From the NCBI RefSeq assembly GCF_009914755.1, contig NC_060937.1: DNA of 64,000 nt, one strand, 5' to 3'. Made by a program: the position numbers and the translations under genes. The notes beneath the pieces are model-generated. The model made no database searches. It saw only the letters and a list, made by a program, of their open reading frames with translations, and had not been told where the DNA came from. The stretch is from the human T2T-CHM13v2.0 reference genome, Homo sapiens. Below, piece after piece: positions 46,016-61,260 of the stretch (position 1 is the first letter of the stretch; every line of letters begins with the position of its first letter).

Positions 46016-48044
46016 AACGAGAAACCAGTAATGACAAGCACAGACCCACTAAGGCCACCTTCTTTCTGAGTTCCTCCTCAGTCCCAAGAACCCCTGCCAA
46101 ATTCTAGGTAATGACCCCGGGTAATTACATCAATTTGCCATACACTAAAAATTACTCTAATTTAAACTTCACTAATTTGGCTGGCCTTTCCAAGTCAGTT
46201 TTAATTAATGATGTTCTCTCTGTTGAGATATTTCACATAGAGTGTTTTCTGGACTGAATTATTCTGTGTGCCTCAGTTCTCTGCCACTTTCCATGGGAAG
46301 AGCTTTGTATAGTAAATGACAAAGTTTATAATATTTTTAAAAGTTCCTGTTGAAGATATTTCTCAGCAGAATAGTATAGCCACCTGTTTTCACTCAATCA
46401 TAACTCCTTTCCTCAGCCAAGCTTTTTTAAGCTTGGTCCCAGTCCTGTTTTTGTTTTTTTTTTTTCTTTAGGAAGAATTTGAGAAAAAAATTAAATTGCC
46501 ATTCTGGAGTAAGAGAAGATTGAAAATTATTAAAACATACTTCACATTGAAGGTGTAACTGCTTTTGGCTCAGAATAACCAACATATTTCAAAAATGTAT
46601 TCAAACTACATTTAATTTAGTATCTAGCTTAGTCTCCCTCACGAAATCACTGTCTAACTGGCTTAAAGCAAAATAAAATACTTTTAAGCGAAAAAGAACT
46701 AAAGCTATCACTTCTGAGTAAATGCAATCAGCACAATATTTTAGCAAAACATCACGATTTATAATACATAATGATAATAAACATTTCTGCCATTGAGGTC
46801 CTTAGCACTGCAGAGAAAAGAAAGGAGCTTGCCCCTGGGCTTGTAATCTAAATTAAACAAGCAATATAAGTTGCACAAGTTTCACAGGTGAGAGTTAATT
46901 AACATTTTATCCCAAGCAGTGAAGGAAAGGGGAAAGAAAATTAAAATCAATATTAACAGCATCAGAATTTACTTCAACCTTATAGGAGTCATCTGAAACG
47001 TGAATATAATTTGAGAAGCTTGTAACACTACCAAGCCTGCCTGATAGCCCCTTGCTCCTCCTCCTACTTGGCTATCACCTAAACAGCATATTTATGGGGT
47101 TGATTCTTGTGCAGCTTCACACAGCCAATGGGCAGAACTGCCTAAAGATACAGGATGGATAAGACGAACTCCAAGGACCTGTTCCTGTTTTATGACACAA
47201 AAATTTTCTCCTAGCTTTTTGTCTTCCTCACTCCTTATGACAAAGCATGCAATGACAGAAAATACACTGAACCTGTATTCATTTCACACTGTTTGTTCAT
47301 GAGAATATACTCTCAAATCCTCATTACCAAAGACTATTTGAAATTGATTTATAAACAATGTGAGCACCTAGAATGTATTTCCATTCTCATACAATTCACT
47401 TCATTTTCTACCAAGTCATTGAAAAATATGTACCAAGTAATGGTGAGCGCCCAATCAGCCACCTACTATTTTTAAAAAATTTAGAAGTGAACTAGCTTCC
47501 CACTGCTAAACACTGAAAAACCAATACCAAAAACAGTACCCTAAAGAAAAAGACAATGCACAATTACGTCAAAGAATAGTAAGATATGTTGCCTCTTAAA
47601 TCTTGCTCCAAGGTTTTCTTAAATGAGAATCCACACAAGAATTAGTTGGTAGATTTAAAAAGTTCAGAGGGCAGAGCATGGGTTCAACAATGCTGCCTAT
47701 TGATGTTTTTGGTTTACTGGCCCCCAACACTCACTGCATTTTCTCTGGCCTTTCATTCAGCCCCAGTAATGCAAGACAAAGCAAGTTCTCCACTTGCCCA
47801 TTACACTGCTCTGAATATGGCAATGTCAGTGCCCATGTTGCAGACAGTGACAGTTCACATCACTGACACAAATTACATCTAATTGCACGGAGGCACACAT
47901 GCTGAGTAAAAGACGGCCCACACCTAACTGGCTGGGTCAGTTGCAAGACAGATCTCGCTATTATCTAGTCCCTTCCTGGAAACCTCCCTCCATACCTGGT
48001 GAAGGATTAAACTCCCTTCATACATGAAGAATATACCTTCATAC

Positions 48045-48090
48045 CTGGATAACCAGACCCATCTCCCACAACACCGTGAGCATTATGAGG
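48045..48090 (-). other. Candidate 46-nt exon
   Basis: Minus strand: cttatatttttgtattccag|CCTCATAATG...TATCCAG|gtatga; strong motifs in unique sequence; second donor CAG|gtatgg near 47995. Confidence 0.3.
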
Positions 48091-48632
48091 CTGGAATACA
48101 AAAATATAAGGATTTCATAAATTCTAAATAATTTTATACCATACACATAAGGAAACAGTAATAACAAGAACAACCCCTGCCCCACCACCTCCCAAATACA
48201 ACAAATGGTAGGTAAAATACCTTCTGTGCAACAGAAGAGCGAAGACCAGATAGCAATTCCCATATGGAAGGCACAGTAACTGTGCTATTGAAAAACACCA
48301 TCAGTTCAGTTATTTTCCACACAAAGAACTGAAAGATAATAACCTCTATGCACAAATGAATCTTGGGCTTTACAAACATGTCAGAAGCATCAAAAGGCAT
48401 TAGAGTAAGCCACATCGTATGAGGCGATTTATCCTCAACTTTGTCTGAATGCTCCATAGAAAAAGACCTAGTTTTTCAATACACCAAAAGCACTGCCCTT
48501 TAAAAAGCCTTCTCATCTTGCCTTGTACCAGACACTTGTTTTCCAAATATACCCTGTTCAGATTGCTGATCTTCAGGTTCAATCCTTCACTAAAAGACTT
48601 TCTGCATCATTGACATAAAAAAAAGCTTGAGT

Positions 48633-49198
48633 TATTAAAGGTTGAATTGTGTCCCCCTAAAAGGAATATTAAAGTCCTAACATCCAGTACCTGTGAATCT
48701 GACTTTATTTGGGAATAGGGTCTTTCAAGATCTAATCAAGTTAAGATAAGGTCCTTAGGGTCAGCCCTAATCTAATATGACTGGTAAACCTATAAGAGAG
48801 AACAGAGCTCAGGAGTTCAAGGTTACAGTGAGCTATGACTGTGCCACTGCAATACAGCCTGGGTGCCAGAGTGAGACCCTGCTCCTGCCCCCCAACCAAA
48901 AAAAGAAAAGAAAAGAAAGAAGAAGAGATACAGGCAGAACACCTTGTGACAGTGGAAGCAAAGATTGAAGTGCTGCTGTGTAAGCCAAGGAAAGCCTCAA
49001 GGACTTCGGACAAAACACCAGAAACAAGAAAAGATTCTCCCCTACAGATGTCAAAGGAGCATGGCCCTCTCAACACCTTGATTTTAGACTTCTAGCCTCT
49101 GGAACTAAGAGACAATTTTGTTGTTGGTTGTTGTTGTTGTTGTTGTTGTTTTAATCCACCTAGTTTCCACTTAATGGCAACCCTAGAGAACTAGTACA
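48633..49198 (+). mobile_element. MLT1B/C MaLR LTR with a nested Alu-monomer (FRAM/FLAM-like) fragment at about 48805-48920
   Basis: ggttgaattgtgtcccc...caacaccttgattttagacttctagcctc...ctagtaca; inner aggagttcaaggttacagtgagctatga...gagaccctg plus A-rich tail. Confidence 0.85.
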
Positions 49199-49789
49199 AG
49201 GGTTGTGTGTTCCATTCTTTTACCTGCAAGCAGGGCTGCAGGTAAAAATTAATCCTGATAGGCAGACTGTGTTAGATGCTATAGAACCTTCTGTAATCTA
49301 TCCTAATGGAGAAGACCTCCCAAATTAGAAATTCTTATCTGTAACCAAAACAGAAACAAAAAAGTGTTACTCCAATTCACTACTTTTCCACCTGAAAGTA
49401 TCTTTGAAAACTGCTGAGGTCATCCTGCCTTCCTTTCCTAAGGAAATCCTCCTGGAGGAGGCAACAAGGCAAATCCAAAAGGACCAGCAAGCAACTTTTC
49501 ACTCTCGTCATGTGTTTTTCAGAATACCCAGATCTCAAAAACTTCATGCTTCAACATCCATGGGTATGAGCACATAGGCAATGACAACTCTCTATCATTT
49601 AATGAAATCACAGCATGCACCACTAGCAACTGGGAAAACAGAGCATTCCTATTGAAGGCGCTATAATAAAATGTGCTCTAAAGGAGTTTCTGGTTTGCTC
49701 GGTTTGGAACAAAGACATATGAGATACAGTCACAAAAATAGAGGACAGCTCTGGAAGACAGAATCAGAGAACTTGTTGTTAGCTAGTTA

Positions 49790-49915
49790 TGTTTTTAGAG
49801 ATCCCATACCATAATTTTACAGATGAGAAAAATCATGCTCAAGATACATCTTTGAGGCACCATTGAGGGCTCTGGCTTAGGCAGGCTTTCTACCAGACTG
49901 TGATCCCAATGCTTC
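49790..49915 (-). mobile_element. MIR fragment
   Basis: attttacagatgagaaaa core. Confidence 0.5.
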
Positions 49916-50159
49916 CCACCTCCAAAGGCAGGATGATAATATTTATTATGTGCTTCAGATATCCCAACTAAAACTTGTTTTGTTTGAAAGAAAAACCAGT
50001 TTTGTAAGAAAGAAAAAAGAATGTCTATCATTTTAAAGTGGAAAATGAGGAACATATTACCATGTTATAAAATCCCCAAATACTCAATGTTTAAATGTAT
50101 CAGAAAGCATGACATTTAGGACAACATGCTAGTAACTGGGCCTTTAAAGACCACAATTA

Positions 50160-50752
<593 letters not shown>

Positions 50753-53700
50753 TCACTCAAGGTTAAAGCTTAAAATATCTATCCTTCCATTTAGGGGTGA
50801 CCATAGCACAGACAATGACAGGAAGAATCCTTGCTTCTGGAAACTTCCCGTAAAAGTGCAACATTACAGAAGGTAAAGTGAGCAACAGACAATGATGATC
50901 AAAACCCATTTTCAGGACTAACTCCTTCCATTTCCCTTCTTTCATTGATTTTTTTTTAAACCCACTTTGCACTCAGTCAGCTTGGTTGCAGGGAACATCG
51001 TTTAATGTACCTTATTGATTCAATCATACACATTTATACTTGTGTAGAAACTTCTGCTACAGTGCATTTATTGATCTTTTAATTATTAATGTAAGCCACA
51101 AAACCTGAAGAGCTTTATTGTAAATATTTTTTATTCTCTCAAATTATGACAAGAAAATTATCAAAAATTGTCAACAAATGAAACATGGTAGTTTGCTTAT
51201 TTCCTCTGAAAAGGCTAATCAACCGGTTATGTATCAAATGTACTGTCAATGAGAATTTTTTTCTAAAGTCAGAATTATATAAGCCTGAACAGTTCTCTGA
51301 TGAAAACTTTAATTTCTAGAATTATTATTACTGTGATGCCTTTAATTTGGCTCTGGAGATGGCAAGCAAGTGTTCCATTCCAGTGTGGCCATTTTCAAAT
51401 TGCACAGAGCCATCAGGTGAGCAAGCTGTCTGTCAAAATGGTCATAAGATAGGATCCTGTGCTAACGGTTGTGGACAAACTGTGAAGTGGCATGCATTGT
51501 CTGGTGAATTACTTTATCCCGCTTGTCTCCGCAGTATGGCCCTCTAGACCTAGAGTAAGATACATTCTCACCCAGATACTCTGTACTAGATTCAAAATGA
51601 GAATTAAGGGGACTGTCTAGGTGGGAAGCTCTGCAGAACCAGCCACCAGGCTGTAGCAAAAGGCAGGTTCTGCAGGCTTTAGAAGAAGTGGAAGGGGTGG
51701 GGCTGAGTTCTTACTGAAGAAAAGGGAGGCAGAAAACACATTTAGGTTCAAGGTGGAAAGAGATGAAACTTTGATGGTCATCCTTTCCCATGCAAACTTC
51801 TCCCCCATCTCTCCCTCTAAATACTACTTCAGCTAGCCTTAAATAGTCAATGTAAACTTGGATGAACCAACTGAACCGGAAGATACTGTCTTAACACAGG
51901 CTTAATTCTACCCTGCCATAGATGATTTCCAGTGGAAGCCAGCTTCATGCTTACATTTCTTTTAGAATACTGACCAGCAAATATGTTTGCCATTGCACCT
52001 TATACTTTCCAATACCAAGGCAATGATGTGTGTAATAAAATCAAGTATAACCTCTAAAAAACACCCCAGAATTTGAAATAATAATTTAAATTTGTGTTGC
52101 TACCTTCTAGAGTCTGTTAGGTTTTTCCATTTCTAGACAATAACAAGAAGACCTGCCACTTCCGGACTGAATGGTCCTGAATATGAATAGAGGTGTCACA
52201 TATCTAACATGGAGCACTAACAGTAAATACCAGAAAGCCTGGGCACTTGACTAGTGACAGAAGCAGATATCCTCAAGCAAATGTTGCTCTGGATCTCTGA
52301 AGAATCTCTGCATTGCTCAGCAGTGGCAACAAATGCTTGAATAGTCTGTCAGGTTCAACTCTCTTCCAAGCTTCACTGTTCCGGAGGCCACAGAATGCTG
52401 CTTCTGTTTGGTTCAGACCTTCAGTGAACTATACCAAATAGATGGGAACCCTTCCTCAGAACTGATCTCACTAGCCAAGGACACCGCCCATTTACATGAG
52501 TTATATACATTACCCAAATGCATATTCAACATATTTATAAACCATGAGTGAAAAGCTGAATAATATATTCACAACTAGGAAGGAGACTAGGATTGGCCTT
52601 CTAAAAGGGACCACGTGGTTAAAGATCTGGTATCCACAAATACACATGTCATCAAACAAGTCATAATTTGTGACCATCATGCATTTACCTTGACTTTTAT
52701 TATTTAAAATACACATACAGCTAATTTGCCAATTACATAGAACACACAATGGGCCCTTACACAGCAAACATACCTACTAATGTGGTGTCTAATTCTTACT
52801 TTGTTCTATATCCCCCACAGCAGATCAAAAAATCAGCCTTACTGAAATAATTTCTGATAGGAAAATTTGAGCTATGATTTTAAACCATTTTTGTGTCCTT
52901 CTGAAGAATTCCTACTTTAATTTAGACCCAAATCACCATAATCAGTTTTCTTGAAAAATAATACGTAAGTAAAATGTGTATGAAAATGTTATTAATTAAA
53001 TGGTATTTTCCAAATATCTTAAAGTATTAGAAATGCCAAATTCTTTAGAGTATGAATACCTTCACAAAAGCCCTTTTACCCAAGCTTAAAGAGTACATAG
53101 TACATGATACCACCTAGAGGAAAATAATTTTATAAATTAGGCCATAGTATTTTAAACATGTCTTTAAACAGTTTTTCAACATAACAATATGTAGTTATAG
53201 AGCCAAGCATATAATCAAACAATGCAGTAATTTAAAGTTCTCTGACGTTAAATGAATAAAGAAAATAACATATTATATTGAAAACATCTAGTCTATGGCT
53301 AACATTCTCTCAGGCCATGTATAGAATTACAAAGGAACTAGTTCTTAAATTACCCATTTTAAAAATTAGTCAATATTAACAGTCTCTATTTAGATAATCC
53401 ACCACTCACCCACATTTAAATAGAAACAATGTTTTCATTTACTACTTTTCAAAGAGAGGTGTCTTCCAAACAATAATTCTTTAGTTGCATATCATTAGAA
53501 AGGTTTTGAAAAAATATATAAAGCAAGTAAATGTCCCACAAGCATACCAAGATGGCAACTGATTCTTCCTGGGTAATGTTTGCTCAGTTATTTACAGTGA
53601 TATTTGATTATAGTAATATATATAGATTTTTTTGTTCCCAAAACTCTGAAACCATTTTGCCTATTCATGCTAGTTTTGCCAATCAGTAACTCAATTATTA

Positions 53701-54173
53701 AGGAGGTCCAGCACTCATCCCAATTAAAACTGCAAAGCAAGAGGTATTGCCTTTTACCTGGCCCATTTCTGCTTTCATAGTCCTTCCAGTCCATTTCCTC
53801 TCTGAACTTTTTTTCTCAATTAGCACCCAGGTCCCTTACCCTCCATACTCATAGCTTAGCGGGGTTGCCCTTTATGGACAGTGCCCATCCTTCCAAAAAT
53901 GGACAAATCTGCAAGGCCACACTAAAATAAAAAAACTATCCTATCTCCCATTTCCTCTATCTCCAACTGTTTCCTAGGTTCCAACTAGCTAATCAGATTA
54001 ATTGACACCATTTGTTCACTAACAATCTTACACTAAGTCATTTCTTCAACAAATATCTACTATGTACCGGCATTTTTCTAAGTACTGGGGACATACTGGT
54101 GAACAATACCAGGCCAAAATTCTTTCCTTCATCGAAGGTTAACACAATGTTATCAATTAATGATAAATATATT

Positions 54174-54494
<321 letters not shown>

Positions 54495-54668
54495 TTATTT
54501 AAATATATATAAACGTGTGTGGGAGTTAGATGATTCTAAGACCAAGAGAGAAAAATAACATAAGAAAAGAGCTGTTGTGATGAGGTTGTATTTTATTAAT
54601 AAATAAGATGGTTAAATAAAGTGATGGATAAAGTCTAAAGAAGGTGAGGGAGGAAGCTGTGTGATATA

Positions 54669-55012
54669 CGGTTAACCCTTAACAGCATGGGTCTGAACTG
54701 CACGGGTCCACTTAAACTCAAATTTTCTTCTGCCTCTGCCACCCGAAACAGCAAGACCCACCCCTTCTCTTCCTCAACCTCTCCTCAGCCTACTCAACTT
54801 GAACACAACAAGGATGAAGACCTTATAATGATGCACTTCCACTTAATGAATAGTAAAAATATATTTTCTCTTCCTTATGATTTTCTTAGTAACGTTTTCT
54901 TTTCTCAAGTTTACTTTGTTGTAAATTTTGGGGGAGTCAAAAGTTATGTGCAGCTTTTCAACTGTGCAAGTGGTCGGTGCCCCTAACTCCCACATTGTTG
55001 GAAGGTCAACTG
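54669..55012. mobile_element. Tigger2a (MER28)-like TcMar-Tigger element, internally shortened
   Basis: TIRs cggttaacccttaaca / tgttggaaggtcaactg; internal gatgaagacctt...ccacttaatgaatagta. Confidence 0.88.
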
Positions 55013-55254
55013 AATATGGGGAATGTGTTCCCAGCAGAGGGAACAACAGATTCATAAGTCGTGAGTTAGAAGAGCGACATTTCTGAGGCACAGAAATGAG
55101 GCCATGTGCCTGCAGTGGGGTAAATGAGACAAAAGGTAGTAGGTGTTCAAGGTAGGGAAACACCAGGAACCACTGGAAGGACTTTGCATTTACTCTGAAA
55201 GAGAAGGGAAACCATTGGAGGGTTTTTAGCAAAGAAGTGACCTCAACCAATTTA

Positions 55255-56940
<1,686 letters not shown>

Positions 56941-57043
56941 CTAAATTACATTTTAACAGAATTTCTATAGTCATATTAAGAATAGACAAAATGGGCAAGG
57001 GTAGAAGCAGAGAAGCCAGTTAGAAAGCTATTATCATAAATCA

Positions 57044-57590
57044 TGTATATTAGGGCTTGCCAGAGAAAAGGAACCAATAGATATATAGAGACATATAGAA
57101 AGAAATTATGAAGTATTGGCACACATATTATTGAGGCTGAGAAGTCCCATGATCGACATGCTGGTCAGGAAAACCAGTGACATAGTAACAATCCAAATCT
57201 GAAGGGCTGAGGAGCCAGTAGTGTTAGTCCTGGTCCAAGTCCAAAGGCCTAGGAACTAGAAGCATCAATGTCCAGTCAAAGACAGGAGAAAATGGATACT
57301 CAAGCAAAGAGAGACAGAGAGAGACAGAGACAGAGAGAGACAGTGTGTGTGTGTGAGTGTGAGAGTGTGTTAGTTCACCCTTCCTCCATCTTATTTGTCT
57401 ATTTGGGCCCTTGACAGATTAGATGATGCCCACTCACATTGGTGAGAGCCATCTTCTTTACTCAGTCTACCAATTCAAATGTTAATCTCTTTCAGAAACA
57501 CTCTCACAAACATACCCAGAAACAATGTTTTACCAGTTATCTGGGCATTCTTTGGCCTTGTCAAGTTGACACATAAAATTAACCACACAC
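57044..57590 (-). mobile_element. MLT2B-like ERVL LTR
   Basis: tattagggcttgccagagaaa.ggaaccaatag...gaggctgagaagtccca...gtcaagttgacacataaaattaaccacaca. Confidence 0.88.
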
Positions 57591-57855
57591 CAAATAAGAG
57601 ATAATGGTGGCTCAACCAAGAGAGTAGCACTGGAAGTGGAGAGAAGTGGTTGAATTCTGGATGTTTTGGAAGTTGAGCTGATAGGATCTGCTAAGAGACT
57701 GGATGTAGGTGTGAGATAAAGAAAGGACTCAGTTGACTCTAATATTTTTGATTTTTCAGTTAGACAAACTGCAATTTTGGGGAATAGGGACATGATCGCT
57801 CAAACTACCGTGTGTAAAACTGGGAACAGGGAATTGGGGGATAGGATGAAAGCCT

Positions 57856-59285
57856 TCTATCCTAGAAACAATTTCTGTTTCATTGAAAATCTACTGAGTC
57901 CATAGGGCACATAGATGGCACTAGTTAATGTTCCTTTACAGTGAAAGAGGCTGTTTATTCACTGAAAAGAGAATGCCTTGAGGGCTTTATTAGGGTCTTG
58001 AACTGAACTCTTTCTGTCTGTTTGTATAAGAGGTTCTCAGAACAAGTTCAGGGTTGCCCAGAAGTTGTTTTTAGAGAAGCCCTGAAGCCTCATACTTTCA
58101 CAGAAGGAGACCTTGATAATCTCTCATCAGGAATTTATTTGAAATGTCATTAGAACTTCTTAGAGACATCATGACTAACCTAAAAAAAATAATTAACTGT
58201 GAGAACTACAAATTTTACCACAAGACAGTGGAGAAAACATTACAGGATAGATAGAAATTCAGGAACCCCTCAAATCACACTCCTCCAGAACATTTTCACT
58301 GGAAGACAAAGGAGCCTCATTTCCTATTAACTCAGAAACTCTTTCAAGCATCTGTTGTGGTAGATTTTCTAATAGGTCCAGCCCAGGGGGTTCTCAGGTA
58401 TAAATCCTCAAGTTCTAGTAAAGCCTCTTGAGAAGATGGTCAAGGCACAACTTGAATAGCTCATACCACTGAACTGGAAAAATGCTCCTAAAGCTCTAGT
58501 GTCCTTTGAAGAGACTTGATCTTCCTCCCCTGGCCTTAAGAGAGGCAGGTAAAGCAGGATAAGTACTGCAACACACAGGGAAGAAATGAAATCACGAAGA
58601 TCTCTCTTTCTGCGTAAAAATGGATGAATTTCTTCGGATTTAGCAGCTGTCTTAGTCTGTTTTGTAATGCTATAACAGAATACTTAAGATTGTGTAATTT
58701 ATGAACTACAGAGATTTATTTCTTACAGTTCTGGAGGCTAGGAAGTCTAAGATTGAGGGGCCAACATCTGGTCAGGGACTTCTTGCTACATCAAAACATG
58801 GTAGAGAGAGAGCCAGAGAGAGGGGAGCAAACTTGCTTTTATAACAAACCCAGTCTCACAATAGCAAACTCACTCTCATGACAATGACATTAATCCATCC
58901 ATGAGGGCAAAGCCCTCATGATCTAATCACCTCTTAAAGATCCCATCTCTCAAAACTGTTGCGTTGGTGATGGGGCTTCCAACACATGATCTTTGGGAGG
59001 ACACATTTAAAACCACAGCAGCAGCTTTTCACTCTCTCTATCCTAGAAACAACTTCCATTTCAGTGAAAATCTACTGCCTCCACAGAGAACAGGAATGGC
59101 ACTAGTTAATGTTCCTTTACAGTGAAAGTATGAGGCTTTCTCATACTTTTCAGGGCTTCTCTGAAAACAAGTTCTGGGCAACCCACTTTAGGTTCTGAGA
59201 ACCTGTTACAAAAACAGACAGAAAGAGTTCAGTTCAAGACCCTAATAAACCCCTCAGGTCATTCTTTTTTCAGTGTACCAACAGC
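57856..59285. repeat. Local duplication: direct pair A (57856-57947 / 59037-59128) plus inverted pair B (57950-58086 / 59149-59285)
   Basis: Manual alignment: A 80/92 identical; B 118/137 identical on opposite strands; no indels. Confidence 0.95.
58648..59020 (-). mobile_element. MSTC/MSTD-like MaLR solo LTR
   Basis: tgtcttagtctgttttg...ttctggaggctaggaagtctaaga...accacagca; perfect TSD gcagc (58643-58647 / 59021-59025). Confidence 0.9.
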
Positions 59286-60149
59286 TAATGAGGAAGCTGT
59301 GCCTCTTAACGAGGAAAGGAGGCTAGGATACCATGCCAAGGATCTCCAAGACACACAAAGGAAGATGTAAATCTTTCCTCAGGCCTGGTGACAAGACAAA
59401 GACCAAATGGAATCCTAAAATGGGCTCTTTGGCAGTCACGTCTAGAGGAATGGAAGACGTGATGAACTACTCTAGGAACTGGTATTAAAACAAGCAACCC
59501 AAATGTAAATAAAAGACTACTTGCTTCAATTAAGTCTTAGCTACAGGAGTGTGAACTTTAATATTTCCTCAGTGTACATCTCCGCTAGTGCTTTCACCAT
59601 TATTAAAGTATGTTTATACAGGGTTTGGCTTTCCAGCTATTATGGAAAAATTACATCTTGCCAACAGTACTATAGGGGTCTAAACACAGCAAATCCTCCA
59701 CTGACCTTGAACCCAAGCTAAAGCAAATAGTCACTCTCCTTGGTGCTGAACTGCCTAAATAATGCACTGCATAAATGGCTGTGAATCTAAATTACATCTA
59801 CAATGCATCTTAGCATTACGGATTACTAACAATTTTTCCAGAAGGCAGTGTTTGTAGAGGCATTGCAATGTGAAGGAAATTCTTAGGGAGAAAACTGGAA
59901 AACATTCACTTGCAAATGATGATCATTTATTTATTGAACACTAGGAGTATGCTGGGCCTTGAGCTCCACAGAGGAGGTAGCAGGGTGATGACAGTCTCTG
60001 GCCAGAAGGCTTCACAAGAGTGGAGGAAGAAGATGATGGTTAACAGACAATATGCTAGAGGAAAAGTAACTGCAATAGAAAGTTTGAAGTGGTGAAGCAT
60101 CATGAGACGGAACAGAAAACAAAAGAGGGAGAAGACAACAAAAATGCCA

Positions 60150-61260
60150 ACTGAAATATCTACTTAATATAAAATTACACTTCCATTTGAACCAAAATAA
60201 AATTTATCCACATGTAAAAGTGCTCAGAAAATAACATTAAATGAAAAAAGCAAAATATAAAATGATTAAAACATAAAATCATACATATATACAAAGGCCA
60301 AAAACTGGAAGGGAATACAGAGAAATCAAAACCACTTAAGGAAAACGTTAGAATTGTGGACATATCAGTTTTCTTTTGAAACTTCCTTTAATCATATTGT
60401 AAGAACACATACACTATATTTTTAAAAGGCAATTAGAGTATATGTGAATATTCACTACAGCTCTGTTTGTGATGGTAAAAGAAATAGAAACAACTAAAAT
60501 ATCCATCTATAGATAACATATTAAATGAATTCTGGCATATACATAAAATGAGCTGCTATACCACTGATATGGTTTGGCTGTGTCCCTACCCCAATCTTAT
60601 CTTGAATTGTGGTTCCCATAATCCCCAGATGTCGTGGGAGGGACCCAGTAGGGGGTGATTTAATCATGGGGGCAGTCACCCTCATGCCATTCTTGTGATA
60701 GTGAGTTCTCATGAGATCCTATGGTTTTATAAGGGGCTTTTCCCCCTTTTGGTCAGCACTTCTCCTTGCTGCTGCCATGTGAAGAAGGACATGTTTGCTT
60801 CCCCTTCCGCCATGATTGTAAGTTTCCTGAGGCCTCCCAAGTCACACTGAACTGTGAGTCTTTCCTTTATAAATTATTCAGCCTTGGGTATGTCTTTATT
60901 AGCAGCATGAGAATGGACTAATATAACCACTTTAAAAATTGAGGTATATCTATTTGAATTGACTTGAAGATATGTCTATGATACATGGCTAAGCAAAATT
61001 TTTAAAAGGCAAGTGAGAAAAATACATATGGTATAATCATATTTATATGAATATAAACAACTATATTAATATATGTCAGTGTGTACACCAGAAAGAAAAA
61101 GTTTAAAGCAATATACACTAAATAGAAAAGAAATTATGGAATGGGAGATTTATATTTTTTATATTAATGTATTTCTGTAGGTTTGAGTTTTGTAACCTTG
61201 GATTACATATGTCATTAGAAAAAAACTTTAAAGAATAAAAACTGAATTAAAATTTTAAAA
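60150..61260 (+). mobile_element. L1ME-type 3' remnants split by a THE1 LTR
   Basis: aactggaagggaatac; ttcactacagctctgtttgtgatgg...aacaactaaaatatccatc; aaggcaagt...atatggtataat. Confidence 0.6.
60565..60925 (+). mobile_element. THE1 (C-like) MaLR solo LTR
   Basis: tgatatggtttggctgtgtccc...gactaatata; perfect TSD accac (60560-60564 / 60926-60930). Confidence 0.95.

Noticed and set aside
49218-49247. 11-bp-stem hairpin ttttacctgca...tgcaggtaaaa
   Set aside because: Short enough to be plausible by chance in 64 kb; no supporting context.
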